Below are positions 13,010 to 26,100 of a stretch of 64,000 nt of DNA, in pieces. Both the position numbers and the translations under genes were made by a program. Every line of letters begins with the position of its first letter. Positions within the stretch are counted from its first letter, which is position 1. The notes under the pieces were generated by a model, which did no database searches, was not told where the DNA came from, and worked only from the letters and a program-made list of their open reading frames with translations. Location: the NCBI GenBank assembly GCA_038087875.1, contig JAXLNO010000269.1, forward strand, positions 1-64,000, in the 5' to 3' direction. The DNA is from Malacoraja senta. Its lineage: Eukaryota.

Positions 13010-13332
13010 CACAAAGAGACACAGTGCAGAAACAGGCCCTTCAGCCCATCACACCGACAATCAACCACACCTATACGCTAATCCAACCTAGATTTTTTTT
13101 TAATTCGTCCTTCATCATCGCACATGTTGGTCTCACACGAGGGGCAACTTACAGTTAACCTGTCAACCCGCACATTTTTGGCACGTGGGTGAATCCGGAG
13201 CACCCAGACAAAATTTCTGTGGTCTCATGGAGAACATGCAAACTCCACACTGACTGCACCAGAAATCAGTATCAAACCCAGGACTCTGGCATTGTGGAGC
13301 AGCAGCCCTAATTGCTGCACGACTGTGCCACT
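13010..13332 (-). mobile_element. HE1-type SINE (diverged)
   Basis: Head, V-domain and tail similarity to other copies. Confidence 0.6.
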
Positions 13333-13904
13333 TTAGATTTAGAAGAATTGATCTGATTTTCATGGCATTGCCTGCTCCTGCAAACATTGGTCCCTGAGCT
13401 GGCCTCCTCTGCTCCTTCTGTCCCCTCTCCTCTGCTTAGGCATGTGTCTCCTTTATGCATTTTGCCCAGTTGCTTCCTGCCTTTCCCCTGGAGCATTGCC
13501 AAGGAGCAGTGGAGAAACGTAGGCTCCAAAACACATGCCCAGTTGGAATGGGCCTCATAGCGAGAACCTGGCCCATTGATGCCCTACGATGCCTCCCCTT
13601 GAGTTTATATTGTTCCCCAAACCATCACCCTTCTGACTTCCTCTTCGAGCTGCCTGTTCTCCCCATTTCAGCATCCTTTTGTAACAGGCTCAGCCCAAAA
13701 GGCTCCAGTTCCAGGTATTTTCAGGCTGGAAGGGATTTTATTAGGCTTTATTTATCCTGACAGCAACAGAAGGAGGAAAGCAGGCCTCAGCTCCAATATT
13801 CCTTCCTTCTCTTGCATCGCCCCTCTTTCCAATCCAATTCCCAGAAGGAAGCTTTGTTTTCTGTCAAAATCCAACAAGAAAAACATTTTTCTCTTAATGT
13901 TGTT

Positions 13905-14086
<182 letters not shown>

Positions 14087-14269
14087 GTAAACAAAGAGCA
14101 CGACCTTTTTTTGGTATTGGGTCATAGATAGAACGGCTTAATATTCAATGAAACTTTTGCCGTGAAAAACCAAAGTAATGTTGAATAGAAACTAACACAC
14201 TCAGTTATGCTAGAAACTAATTATCTCAGTAGCTGGTGTGACATGCAGGGTTAGGGGTCATTAAAACAT

Positions 14270-14720
14270 AAGCAAAAGGAGGAGGCCATTCAGCCCTTTC
14301 AAACCTGCCCCACCATTCATCAAGATCACAGCCGATCTATCTCAGTGTCATTTCTTGCACCGTCTCATGTTCCTTCATTCCCCTCATCCATTTATTTATT
14401 TGTTTACTTTCACAAGTTCACGTTATAGGAGTAGAATTAGGCCCATTCGGCCCATCAAGTCACTCCACCATTCAATCATGGCAAATCTCTGCCTCCTAAT
14501 CCCATTTTCCTGACCTCCCCATGACCCTTGACACCCGTTCTAATCAAGAATTTGTCGATCTCTGCCTTACAAATATCCACTGAATTGGCCTGATTAGTGG
14601 TTTGAATGAACACAATGCCTGAATTTCCACGGATGTTCAAGGGTGGAGAATTCCAGAGATTCGCCAGTCTCGGAGTGAAGGACATTCTCTCCATCTCAGC
14701 CATAAACCGCTGACCCCACA
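14270..14720 (-). mobile_element. CR1 3' fragments
   Basis: FTPRLANLWNS...DICKAEIDKFL plus 3' UTR. Confidence 0.7.
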
Positions 14721-15814
14721 TTCTGTGTTATTGTGGCTAAACTTCAGGCCAATGTGCTCATCATGTCTGGACCGATGGCTCAAAAAATAGTCCATAATAT
14801 CAGCCCCAAATTTATGGTGGTAATAAGAAAACCATCTATTGTGAAAACATTGATGTTTAAAATATTTATTCTTGGTCCTGCAGTTAGGATTACCAGAACA
14901 GTATTTTTGAAATGATGTTAGATCCCAATGGGGTGAATGTAATTAAGTTGTTAATTGTAAATGGAATACGTGCAAAACTTGTTGGAAGAAATTTAAAAAA
15001 TGTGACAAAATATGAAAATGGAAAAGGAAATTTAGGCTAAATATATATTTATAATATGGTTTTAATGCAGCTGAACATCTCGTGACCTTTTGTAAAGGGA
15101 AATGATGAGGAAACTGATAAACAGGCAAAGCTAAGATGCCTTATAGGTTTATCTATCTTTGGCACATCTCCTTGCTATTTCTGTACACATGCTCTTAAGT
15201 TCAGTCTAATAAGAACCTGCTGCAGTGCAGTTGCAAATAACTTGAAGTTATAGGTGCATCCAGTGCCCTGATAAATGAAGCCACTGTGTGTAGTTGGTTA
15301 AGCACTGCTTTTTTAGTAAAAATGACTGGTTGAGGGGAAGGGTTTTGTCCAATGCAGTCATTTTCTATATTTAGAGTATTAAGTTCAGCTGTAAAAACAA
15401 ACCACTCGGGAAGGGGAGGTTTATACAAAGGGCAGACACCCTAAAAATACCCTCCCGGTTTAAATGGGGCGATTCATCAACAATATGACGAATGTTTCCA
15501 TGTTAAGTTACCACCTCAGAATTAAAAGCTTCTCTCGTTTTGAGTTAACCATGAATGGCTTACGCTCCACACGGAAGCCCGAGAAGATCAGAAGACTACA
15601 TAAAAGCTTCTGTTCTCACTGTCGGACTGTGTGGCAAGGGCGTGCTGCAATTAGCAGATTGGAAATCCAAAATAATTAACCACACAGTGAGAACTGAGGA
15701 ACGTTGAGTGATGAAGTGGGGACAGGGAAGGCTCCTTGCCAATGCCGCCAGCACATTGGCTTCTCATGACACAGACTGGAGGACCAGGTGTGGGTCTACC
15801 TACTCACAGAGATA

Positions 15815-16140
15815 TTACCCATGTTAAGGGGAGTCCAGAACCAGGGGTCACAGTTTAAGAATAAAGGGTAGGCCATTTAGGGCTGAGATGAGGAAAAATG
15901 TTTTCACCCTGAGAGTTCTGAATCTGTGGAATTCTCTGCCACAGAAGACAGTGGAGGCCGATTCACAGGATGTATTCAAGAGAGAGTTGGATATAACTCT
16001 TAGGGTTAACGGAAATAAGGGATATGAGGAGAAAGCAGGAACGGGGTACTGATTCTGGATGATAAGCCACGATCATATTGAATGGCGGTGCTGGCTCGAA
16101 GGGCCGAATGGCCTACGCCTGTACCTAGTTTCTATGCTTC
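15815..16140 (+). mobile_element. CR1 3' end
   Basis: SRTRGHSLRIKG...NLWNSLPQK plus 3' UTR. Confidence 0.8.
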
Positions 16141-16550
16141 TATATACCCAGGCAACAGATTTGTCGACCTTGGGCAAGCCATTCACAGAGGTGAATGTTG
16201 GACAGATTCCAGCGTTCGTACTACCTGAGCACATGCTTTGATGCCAGCGGGAGCTCTGCTCAAGGGCCCTCTCCGGCAGTGAGCTGTAAACTGCGGCCTC
16301 TGCCTGCCTTCCCAGGCAATGTGTGGGCACCTGACAAGGGAGAGCAGGAGACCTCTGTGACCAGCCTCACTGAGCAAGGGGCAAAGCCACAAGAAAGGGG
16401 TCCAATGAGTAGCTGATGTGAGCCCAGTGCCATTACTCTCACACCATCTTCATCCTTCCCCCCCCTCCCTCTGACTGGTGTTTCTGTTCATTTCCCACCC
16501 CCTCTCTCCCTCTGATTGGTCTAACTGTTGATTCTCCCCCCTCCCCGAAA

Positions 16551-17093
16551 CGCACACAAACACAACACACACACTCACACACACACTACCAACCACACAC
16601 ACTCACACACACACACACCAAACACACACACTCACACACACACACACCAAACACACACACTCACACACACACACACCAAACACACACACTCACAGACACA
16701 CACACCAAACACACACACTCACAGACACACACACCAAACACTCACGCACACACCAAACTCACACACTCATAGACATACACACCAAACACACACACTCACA
16801 CACACACACCAAACACACACACTCATAGACATACACACCAAACACACACACTCACACACACACACCAAACACACACACTCATAGACATACACACCAAACA
16901 CACACACTCATAGACATACACACCAAACACACACACTCACACACACACACCAAACACACACTCATAGACATACACACCAAACACACACACTCACACACAC
17001 ACACCAAACACACACACTCATAGACATACACACCAAACACACACACTCACACGCACACACCAAACATACACACTCACAGACACACGCACACAC
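16551..17093. repeat. CA-rich compound micro/minisatellite (about 24-26 bp unit, CACACCAAACACACACACTCA(C/T)A...)
   Basis: Visible periodic repeat. Confidence 0.95.
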
Positions 17094-18329
17094 AAGTCCA
17101 TCCTAACCCTAATTCCTCCAACCTCTCTCAAAAAATCCCTCCCTCCACACTCTTAGTCTCCTCTTCCTCTTAAGTCCCCATCCTCCCTCACTTAAGCCCT
17201 TCCCTCCCTGAATTGTCCCAGTGAAGCCCACTCCCTGCCAACCCCCCCGACTCCTCGCAGTCACAGCAGCCCCCTCGCATGAAGCCTGCCACCTGGGTAC
17301 AGCGAGCAGGACACTGGGGTGTTGGCATTCATTGTGTGAGGAGAGGAGGTGTCTAACTGCAGCGATCAAGGTCCTTGGTGAGAGCGTGCCTGGAGGACGG
17401 TGTACAGTTTCTGTCTCCTTACAACAAAAGGAGATAGGGGGAGAGTTGCGAGAATTCACTGGACTGATTTAAAGGTTGGGGTTTGCCATCAGAGGAGAGA
17501 TTGGGCAGAATGGCACTGTCTTCTGTTTGAAGAGTAAAGGGAGATTTCACTGAAGCTTACCTCATTCCTGTATGGTCCGGCAGATTGGGAGGGTGGTTCC
17601 CAGCCTGAGGAGTTTCGGATCATCATCACGGTCTCAGAGTGAGGGCTGGGTCAGTGGTGACCCAGGGGGAGTACCTCTCTCCACAGATAGAGGTGGGCCA
17701 TTGAAACCAGCTGATCCACATTGATGCCCATCTCCAGTGGAGAGCCTTGCATCACCTGAATGATAGTGACTCTTGGCCCTATCGGGACCAAAAATGATAA
17801 GGAAATCCTTGCTTTGTAAATGGGCACTTTATCAACAGCAGAAGGGGCGAGAGCACTCGTGAACATCCATACAATCAGTCGGCGAGTCCAGACAGATGCT
17901 TATGTAAACTGCAATCATTGCAGCCTAAGCTCTTGGCAAATACTCCAAGCATTTACAGTGGCAAATGCAGTTTGCAAAAGGTCAGGCAGCAAAACATCTG
18001 TTTCACTGGATGTTAACAGCAGCTTTAGGTTATAATGTGATGACAAGGTTTCTCTTTCCCTTTTTAAAAATACCATAAATGGTGGGTGAGTGTGCTAGAT
18101 AGTTTGGGTCTGTATTCCTTGGAGTGTGAAAGAATCAGGGGTTAGGAACCTAATGGGTCTCGAGAGGGTAGATGTTGAGATGTTGCAACTGGTGGGAGAG
18201 TATTGGTATTGCTTTGTTATTATTATGTTCACCCAGTTACAGTGAAAAGCTTTATTTTGCTTGCTGTCTCGGTAAACCATGCCATACATGAGAACTATCA
18301 GACCGCACAACAGTCAGGCCATGAGTCAA

Positions 18330-19530
18330 TAGTGTTTGATTGTCGTAGTCACAGGAAATGGAACATTGAAATTCATACTTGCTGCAGCTTTTACAGAACA
18401 TTAACGCAACAACACAATAGATAAATGTACAATAAACAATGATACGATAAATGATCAGTTATGATAGCTAACCAGACCATCATAGTGCAAGCTGAGTTAT
18501 GCAATGCAATCCTTATACAAAGTCCGTAGTGAGTACGTGGTTGTAAATTGTGCATCAAGACACTGATGGTGGATGGACAAAGCTGTTCTTGAACCTGGAG
18601 GTCATGGTTCTCAGGCTCTTGTACCTTTTCCCCCCATGGTAGCAGCACAGAGGACTTGGCCAGGGTGGTGTGGGTCTTTGATGATATCAGCTGACTTCTG
18701 GAGGCAGCACTTCCAGTAGATCACTTAGATGGCGGGGAGTTGAATGCCTGTGATGGACCGGGCAGTGTCCCCCATGTTCTGCAGCTTCCTTCCTTCTTGG
18801 GCATTTGAGTGACCGGAGCAGGTCTAGGTGAAATCAGTCAGCACGCTCTCTACCCTACACCTGTACAAGTTCGATAGAGTATTCATCCACACTCTGAATC
18901 TCCTCAAACTTCTGAGGAAGCAGAGGCGTTGATGAGCTTTCAATGTGATTACATCAATGTGCAGGGCTCAGGACAGATCATCAGAGGTATGCACGGCCAG
19001 GAACTTGAACCTGTTGACTCTCTCCACCATCATCCGCTGATGAACCCTTGGCTTACCTTTTCCAAAATCAACAATCAGTTGTTTGGTCTTGCTAACATTG
19101 AGAGCAAGATTGTTGTTCTGTCACCACTCAATTAGAATATGAATCTCCCTCCTGTATTCTTACTCTTTGTTACCCATTATTCAACCCATGACAGTGGTAT
19201 CATCAGTATATTTAAAGATGGCATTGGAGGTGCGTTTGGCTTCACAGTCATGGGTACAGAGAGAATAGAGCAGGGGGCTGAGCACATAGCCTTGAGGTGC
19301 CCCTGTGCTGATGATCGGTGAGGAGGAGACGTTGTTGCCAACTCATACTGATCGCTGTCTGCTGATAAGGAAGTATAGATGAACGGAGTTCCAGTTCCTT
19401 GAGATGGGTAACAGGTTTAGAAGGGATGATGGTATTGACAGCCGAGCTGTAGTTGATGAACAACAGCCTGACGTGAGAGTATTATTGTCCAAGTGGTCGA
19501 AAGCAGAATAGTGGGGGGGTGGAATAATAA
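18330..19530 (-). mobile_element. Rex1/Babar LINE RT and 3' fragment
   Basis: Minus strand reads ...INYSSAVNTIIPSK...STGAPQG..LSPLLYSLY; decayed. Confidence 0.75.
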
Positions 19531-20250
19531 TGTGTCATCCGGTGAACAAAAAGGTCGGCATGGACATGGTGGGCCGAAGGGCCCATTTCTGTGCTGTACA
19601 ATTCTATGATTCTTTGACTCGACCATGGGTTGTTGAAGCAGAGTGAAACAATGGCAGGCAGTTTATAAGAGGGATGCTCGGAGTTACTGGAAGCAGGGAA
19701 CTGGAAACTGGAAGATGGGCACAGCTGTCTTTCATTGGCATGGGCCATGGGTATGCACTGGTGACCCTGGGCACGAACCAGGCTCAACCCATCGGGCTGT
19801 GTTTGAGCAGACCTCTGGTCGGGTTCATCAGAAACATGGGTAGAAGCCTCTGCCTCACGGGCGCAGGCAGACCAGGCTGGCATCATCATGGTCCCAGTGA
19901 ACCCCAGACTCTTCAAGGGAAGAGATCTGCTGATGTGTGGCCTCTTCAGGCTGCGCAAGGGCATCAGTCTCCTCCCGGGTAGCGTGCTGAAGGAGCACGA
20001 AGGGGAGATCAGGCACGCAGTTGGCAAGAGTGCATGGAGATAGTTGCCTACTTACGTCAACCCTTCTAAGATCTGCCCACACGTGTTTCCTCCTAGTACC
20101 AAGAAGCCCAACTCACCCTGTCCTTTTGACCCCCTCTGACTTCTCCTGAAGCTGCCTCTGGATTCACAGCTGAATTACTCACAGCCAAACTCGCCGACTA
20201 AACTGATAATCAACGAGAGTTACTGGAGAGGCCTAAAGGCTTGCTAGGAT

Positions 20251-20515
20251 GGAGTCGGTTGCCGTGGCAACCACTCCGATAACTGCACTGAAACAAACCC
20301 CCTCCCCATCCCTCTCCCGCTTACTATATTTGTAGCTCAGTCTCTGGGGAGCATCCGGGAACAGGAAAAGCAGTTAGATGGTGCTTTAATCCCAGCGGGA
20401 ACGCTGTCCTTGCGGGATTAGTAGACTCTTCCCTTATTAATTAGAACGTTATTCTATGCGACACATTAAACAGATGGACTAATCCCTCATCCTAGCTTTG
20501 GTGCTGACTTAATCC
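20251..20515. promoter_or_regulatory. Candidate enhancer/alternative promoter (RFX X-box, four TAATCC sites, MAF half-site, E-box)
   Basis: GTTGCCGTGGCAAC at 20258-20271; TAATCC/GGATTA at 20387, 20415, 20480 and 20510; CAGATG at 20471; TGCTGAC at 20502. Lies in apparently non-repetitive sequence. Confidence 0.45.
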
Positions 20516-21069
20516 TGCCTGCACATGTCGGTTGTTGTTACAGTGCCCCTGTGTCAATTCCGAGTAAGATTTAAAGACCTGAGTTTGATCAAAGCTAATC
20601 TGTGCTCTACCAGGGCTGCCTGCTGGTCCGGGGGTCAGAACCAGCCGCCGCTCCATAGGACCAGACTAACGGCCCAGGATAACATCGTTCCCTGGTTTAA
20701 TTCAGCAGCGTCTCCATCCCAGCATGGAGATATCAAACCCCAGGCTCATAACATCTCAGCACAGCCCACAACAATGGAACGTTTTGTCCATGTTCCAGCA
20801 TAGGAGCTGTGGCAGGCATCGTACAGGCTGAAAGGATCCGTGTTGGAAATGGCTCGCCTGCACTTGTTCGAAGGGGGTCATCAGACCATGCTCGTTTGCC
20901 TGTCTGACACCTCCTCTATGAAGGAGGCACTACCTCCCCTCCCACGCCGGGCTTGCTCAGACCTGTCAGCCTGGGTCCAGAGTCATCTAACCCGGGAAAA
21001 CGCCATTGAGCCCACCAAGTCTGTGCCAACCATCCGTTCAAAGTAATCCTGCACAAATCCCTTGTTTTC

Positions 21070-21605
21070 CTGTGAGCAATTTTGGGCACCATATCTCAGG
21101 AAGGATGTGCTGGCTCTGGAGAGGGTCCAGAGGGAGGTTTACGAGAATTATCCTAGAATGAGTGGGTTAACCTATGATGAACGTTTGTCAGCACTGGGCC
21201 TGTACTCGCTGGAGTTTAGAAGAATGAGGGGAACCTCATTGAAATACAGAATAGTGAAAGGCTTGGATAGAGTGAATGTGGAGATGATGTTTCCACTAGT
21301 GTGAGAGTCTAGGACTGGAGGTCATAGCCTCAGAATTAAAGGACATTCTTTTAGGAAGGAGATGAGGATAAATGTCTTTAGTCAGAGGGTGGTGAATCTG
21401 TGGAATTCTTTGCCACAGAAGGATGTGGAGGCTGTCAATTGATATTTTTAAGGCAGAGATAGATAGATTCTTGATTAGTACAGGTGTCAGAGGTTATGGG
21501 GAGAAGGCAGGAGAATGGGGTTAGGAGAGATAGATCTGCCATGATTGAACGCAGAGTAGACTTGATGGGCTGAATGGCCTACTTCTATTCCTATCACTTA
21601 TGACC
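21070..21605 (+). mobile_element. CR1 3' fragment
   Basis: CEQFWAPYLRKDVLALERVQR...LGLYSLEFRRMRG plus 3' UTR. Confidence 0.85.
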
Positions 21606-21810
21606 CGCATCCCCGTCAATCCCTATATTCTATCCCTCATCTACACACACCTAGTGCACCCAATTAATTCACCTGTACATCATTAAGATGGGGGAGGAAA
21701 GTGAAGGCCTGTGACCGATGGTAGCTGCAGGAGTCAGTGTTGGGACCACTGTTGTTTGCGATCTACATTAATGATTTGTATGATGATGTAATGAACATTG
21801 TTAGTAATGT

Positions 21811-21904
21811 AGACACAAAATGCTGGAGTAACTCAGCGGAACAGGCAGCATCTCTGGAGAGAAGGAATGGGTGAAATTTCGAGTCGAGGCCTTTCTTCAG
21901 GCTA
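21811..21904 (-). mobile_element. Short Penelope-derived insertion (degenerate hammerhead core) inside a CR1 fragment
   Basis: 14-bp TSD ATTGTTAGTAATGT at 21797-21810 and 21905-21918. Confidence 0.8.
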
Positions 21905-22117
21905 ATTGTTAGTAATGTTGCAGCCGACCCTTTTGCACCCTATACAGATGCCAGTTGACACCAGAATTGGTGGAACAGTGGGCATTGGTGCAGGCTGTGC
22001 TGAAAGGGTATTGGCTGGGGTTTGATTTCCAGTCTGCGTGATAGTGTCTGTTGGTTGGAGTGGCTGTTGAATTAAAACAGGGAATAATGTCAAACTCGGT
22101 ACTGCCCTCCCAACGTT

Positions 22118-22410
22118 AGGTGGCACAATGGTAGAGCTGCTGCCTTACGAGAGACCCGGGGTCGATCCTGACTATGGATGCTTGACAGTACGGAGTTCGT
22201 AAGCTCTCTGTGTGACCTCAAGGCTTTTCTCCGGGTGCTCCGGTTTCCTCCCACACTCTAAAGACGTACAGGTTTGTAGGCTAATTGGCTTGGTATAATT
22301 GTAAATTGTCCCTAGAGTGCAGGATAGTGTTAGTGTGCGGGGAATCGCTGGACAACACACTCTCGGTGGGCCGAAGGGCCTGTTTCTGCGCTGTATTTCT
22401 CAACTAAAAA
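22118..22410 (+). mobile_element. HE1-type V-SINE
   Basis: Head, V-domain and tail as at 4137-4446. Confidence 0.8.
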
Positions 22411-22824
22411 TGAGTGCGGAAGGAGATCTATATTTACAACAGAATCTAGATCGAGATCAAAAAAATGGAAAATGGAATTTAACTCTAACAAGTATGAGGT
22501 GTGGCGCTTTGGTATGTCAAATCAGGGCAGGACTTACACAACAAATGGTAGCGCCCTGGAGGGTGTTATGGAACAGAGATCTCTAGTACAGGTGCAGGGT
22601 TCCTTGAAAGTAGTGGTTCAGGTGGACAGTGTAGACAAGAAGACATTTGGCATGCTTGCCTTCGTTGGGAAGGGTATTTAGTACAAAAGTTGAGACATCA
22701 TTACACAGCTGTACAAGTCATTGGTGAGACCACACTTGGAGTAGTGTATGCAGTTCTTGTCATCTACCTAGAGGAAGGATGTTATCATGTTGGAAAGGGT
22801 GCATAAAAGATTCACCAGGATGTT
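22410..22824 (+). mobile_element. CR1 RT fragment
   Basis: MEFNSNKYEV...KKTFGMLAFVGKGI...RPHLE. Confidence 0.75.
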
Positions 22825-23181
22825 GCAGAACTGCAAGGTGAGAACGAGAAGCTGATGCGACTTGGGTAGGGGAGGGATGGAGAGAGAAGGAATGCAGGGG
22901 TTACTTGCAGTTAGAGAAAGCTAGGTGAGAACGAGAAGCTGGTGCAACTTGGGGCTAGGTGAGAATGGCAAACAGCTAACAATGGCTTGATTCTTTTATC
23001 ATCGTTACTTTTTTGCATATCTTCCATTCATTTGTTCTATATCTCTCTACATCACCATCTATATCTCTTGTTTCCCCCGACGCTCAGTCTGAAGAAGGGT
23101 CTCAAACCAAAACGTCACCCATTCCTTCTCTCCAGAGATGCTGCCTGTCCCGCTGAGTTACTACAGCATTTGTGTCTATCA
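22825..23181. mobile_element. Penelope pLTR pieces in inverted arrangement, inserted in CR1
   Basis: Near-identical flanks TCACCAGGATGTT/TCACTAGGATGTT; degenerate hammerhead core on the plus strand at about 23089-23117. Confidence 0.65.
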
Positions 23182-26100
23182 TCACTAGGATGTTACCTGC
23201 TCACAATAAGCTAGAGAAGTGGATACAATTACAACTTTCTAAACACATTTGGGAAGATATATGGATGGGAAGGATTCAGAGAGATATGGGTCAAATTGGA
23301 CCAGCCAGAACGCTAGCTTGGACAAACGTCTACAGATGTATTATACAAAGTATCCTGACTGGTGGCATCATGGCCTGGTACGCCAGTTCCAAAGCACAGG
23401 AACATAAGAGGCTGCACAGTGTGGTGGACTCACCCCACCCCAGTCCATCACGGACATGGCCCTCCCCTCCATCAGAAGCATCAACATGAACATTGCTTCA
23501 GGAAGTGGCATCTGTCGTCAAATGACCCCACCATCCGGGCCATGCCCTCTACTCACTGTTACCATCGTGCAGGAGGTACAGAAGCCTAGAATCGCCAGCT
23601 TCAGAAACTTTCTGCAACCAGCAGGTTCTTGAACACAACTACACAACTTTAATCCCACCTTGTAATGGATCACAGTGGACCACCCCACTCGGGGTGATTG
23701 GTACAGGTGTCAGAGGGAGGTCAGGAGAATGGGGTTAGGAGGGAGAGATGGATCAGCCATGATCGACTGGTGGAGTAGACTTGATGGGTCGAATGGCCTA
23801 ATTCTGCTCCTATCTCTTATGATGTTGTGATCTTATGACCTCTTGCACTACAGTAAAACAGGCTGCAAAAATCAAGACATTAGTGCAAACCACAATTTAA
23901 AAACATGTTGTTGGATTGTGGTTTGCACCAATGTCTAGTTTTTTGCAGCATTTTTCTTCTTACTGTCTTGCAGAAATGGTATGTTTTGTGTGTGTAGTCC
24001 ATGTGCCTGTCATGCTGCTACATGTACCTGTACCTCACAGTACTGGTGCATATGGCAATAAATTGGGCTTGACTGAACCTGACTGGTGTAATTCTGGCAA
24101 CTGTGTAACTGGCCAATGCAGCCCGTCAGCCTGCGAGCCTTTACTAACATTCTTAGAGTGCTTTAGTATTTAATCCTATTATGCATCTGGTAGTATTTGG
24201 CTGAAGAAGGCAGTGACAAGCCTTAATCAAGAGCCCAAAACATCCAAATAAAGTAGCAGGCGCCAATCTATTTTTCCTACTGGTGTTTTGAAGAACATTC
24301 TGTCCCCTTGGCATGGTTCAGGCTGCCTGTAATCGCCTCTGGGCAACCTGTGCATCTAAAGTTGATCAACAACCCATTGTGAAAGACAGCTGCTTCCCGT
24401 TCCCTCTGTCACCCAGTATAGGGGGTGGGGGCCGATGTACAGAGTGGCAGTGCTCACTGACATTTGTTCCTGCAGCTTCCCAAGTACATGTAAGCTCAGA
24501 CTTCAACACAGACATGCCGTGGGAGGCAGCAGCAAGTTTACAGGTCATTTTCAACCAGATAAATCCCTGCTGCGTTATCAAGCCTGGCGCACTTTATTTG
24601 CGGCAATTAGGGATTGCCAAAACAAGTTTTGCAATCAGCAGCAGCGAATGATTAACTTCAGAAATTTTCTTCTTGAGAAACAACCCTGTGAAATAAACAA
24701 TAGCGGGAAGGTGGTTCATGGAGCTAAGAGGTTTTGCTTCTGTTTTTTTGTTGACTCTGTGCAGATTTTCACCCTGGCTTCCTCCTGAGTGAGTAACCGT
24801 GTCCATGTTAACGCCAGCACAATGCCCCCTGGTTGGGAGCTCAGCTTGCTCCTGGGACCCACCATTCCCTGGATGTGGAGGAGGAAGCCCCATGGTGAGT
24901 CACCGTGCTGTAGGGTGGACGACTCTCCGGGCGCTGGGACCCCAGTGAGACAGGATTGCAGTGTGCCATCCCCACACACAGGAGGCCACATTGCACATTG
25001 CACCTCTCATCCAGCCCCGAGAGCTTTGTTCAACTGTACTGATGGGAGTGGCGTCACTGCACCGCTGCTCAGGGCCCAGCCTTACCCCTGCTCAGACATA
25101 GACCTCAGGGAGCTGGGAGACTTTGACCACCAGAGGCATGAAGATAGCTGGAGCTGCTTCAGTCTTCTCCCTGCTCCCATCCCGACTTCCCTGCAGATCA
25201 AAGCCCAGGCTGTCTGCTTTACATGCTGCAATCCACCATTGGATACAATTATCGCAGGCTTGTTTTCGGTATTTTTAATACCATATGCACATGATCTGGA
25301 CGCAGGCATGCCGGTGAAACTGCTGTGTGCTGCCCATGTCCTGAAAAGGTGGATGGGTGACTTCTACCTGCTATAACTGAGGTCAATAATCAAGGAGACA
25401 CAAGATGCTGGAATCTTGAGCAAAAAACAAACTGCTGGAGAAACTCAGCAGGTCAAGTAGCATCTGTGGAGGAAAATGACCAGACCATGTTTCAGGTCAG
25501 GACTCTTCCTCAGTTTGAAGAAGGGTCCTGACTCCACTTCGGGATATGGGAGGAAACCAGAGCATTCGGAGGAAACCCATGTAGTCACTGTGAGGCTTCA
25601 CACAGACAGCACCCAAGGTGAGGGTCGAACCCAGCTTTGTGGGACACTTTGAGGCAGCAATTCTACTCTCCGTGCCACTATGCCACCCTAGTGAAGATCA
25701 GGGACACAGCACCAATAATGTCATGTATAGTCACTGAATGAATATTAGTCTCAGTGAATATTCATTCACGGACACAAGACTTCCACACGGCCAAAACAGG
25801 CGATACCATACTAACTAGCCGACTATTAGCTGGGGTCTTACCGCAATACAACAGCTTTCTCTTCCTGCTTTATATTCCCACACATTTGAACCACAACTGA
25901 GGTTCTTCAGTGTAATGCTCTGCAAACTTTCCTCTCTGATGAAATGACCCTCCCATTTCACGAGAAGGTTAAAGTTGCGTAACATCACAACAGCAGGCAA
26001 TGATATACAAATACATTCTATTGCAGATCAACAGTTGCCCTTAGTGAGGCATGGGTCTCCTGGGTGTGCTATGGTCTCTGTACCCCTAGGGAAAGGATGG

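Noticed and set aside
16528..16884. HT-rich 118-aa ORF
   Set aside because: Translation of a CA-rich satellite.
19482..20027. 181-aa minus-strand ORF
   Set aside because: Non-ATG start, runs into repeat sequence, no homology recognised.
21902..22126. Q/P/T-rich minus-strand ORF resembling a TSC22 exon
   Set aside because: It overlaps decayed CR1 RT sequence on the plus strand and a SINE head; no recognisable homology.
24789..25376. 195-aa plus-strand ORF
   Set aside because: Non-ATG start, no recognisable domain, no clear splice context.
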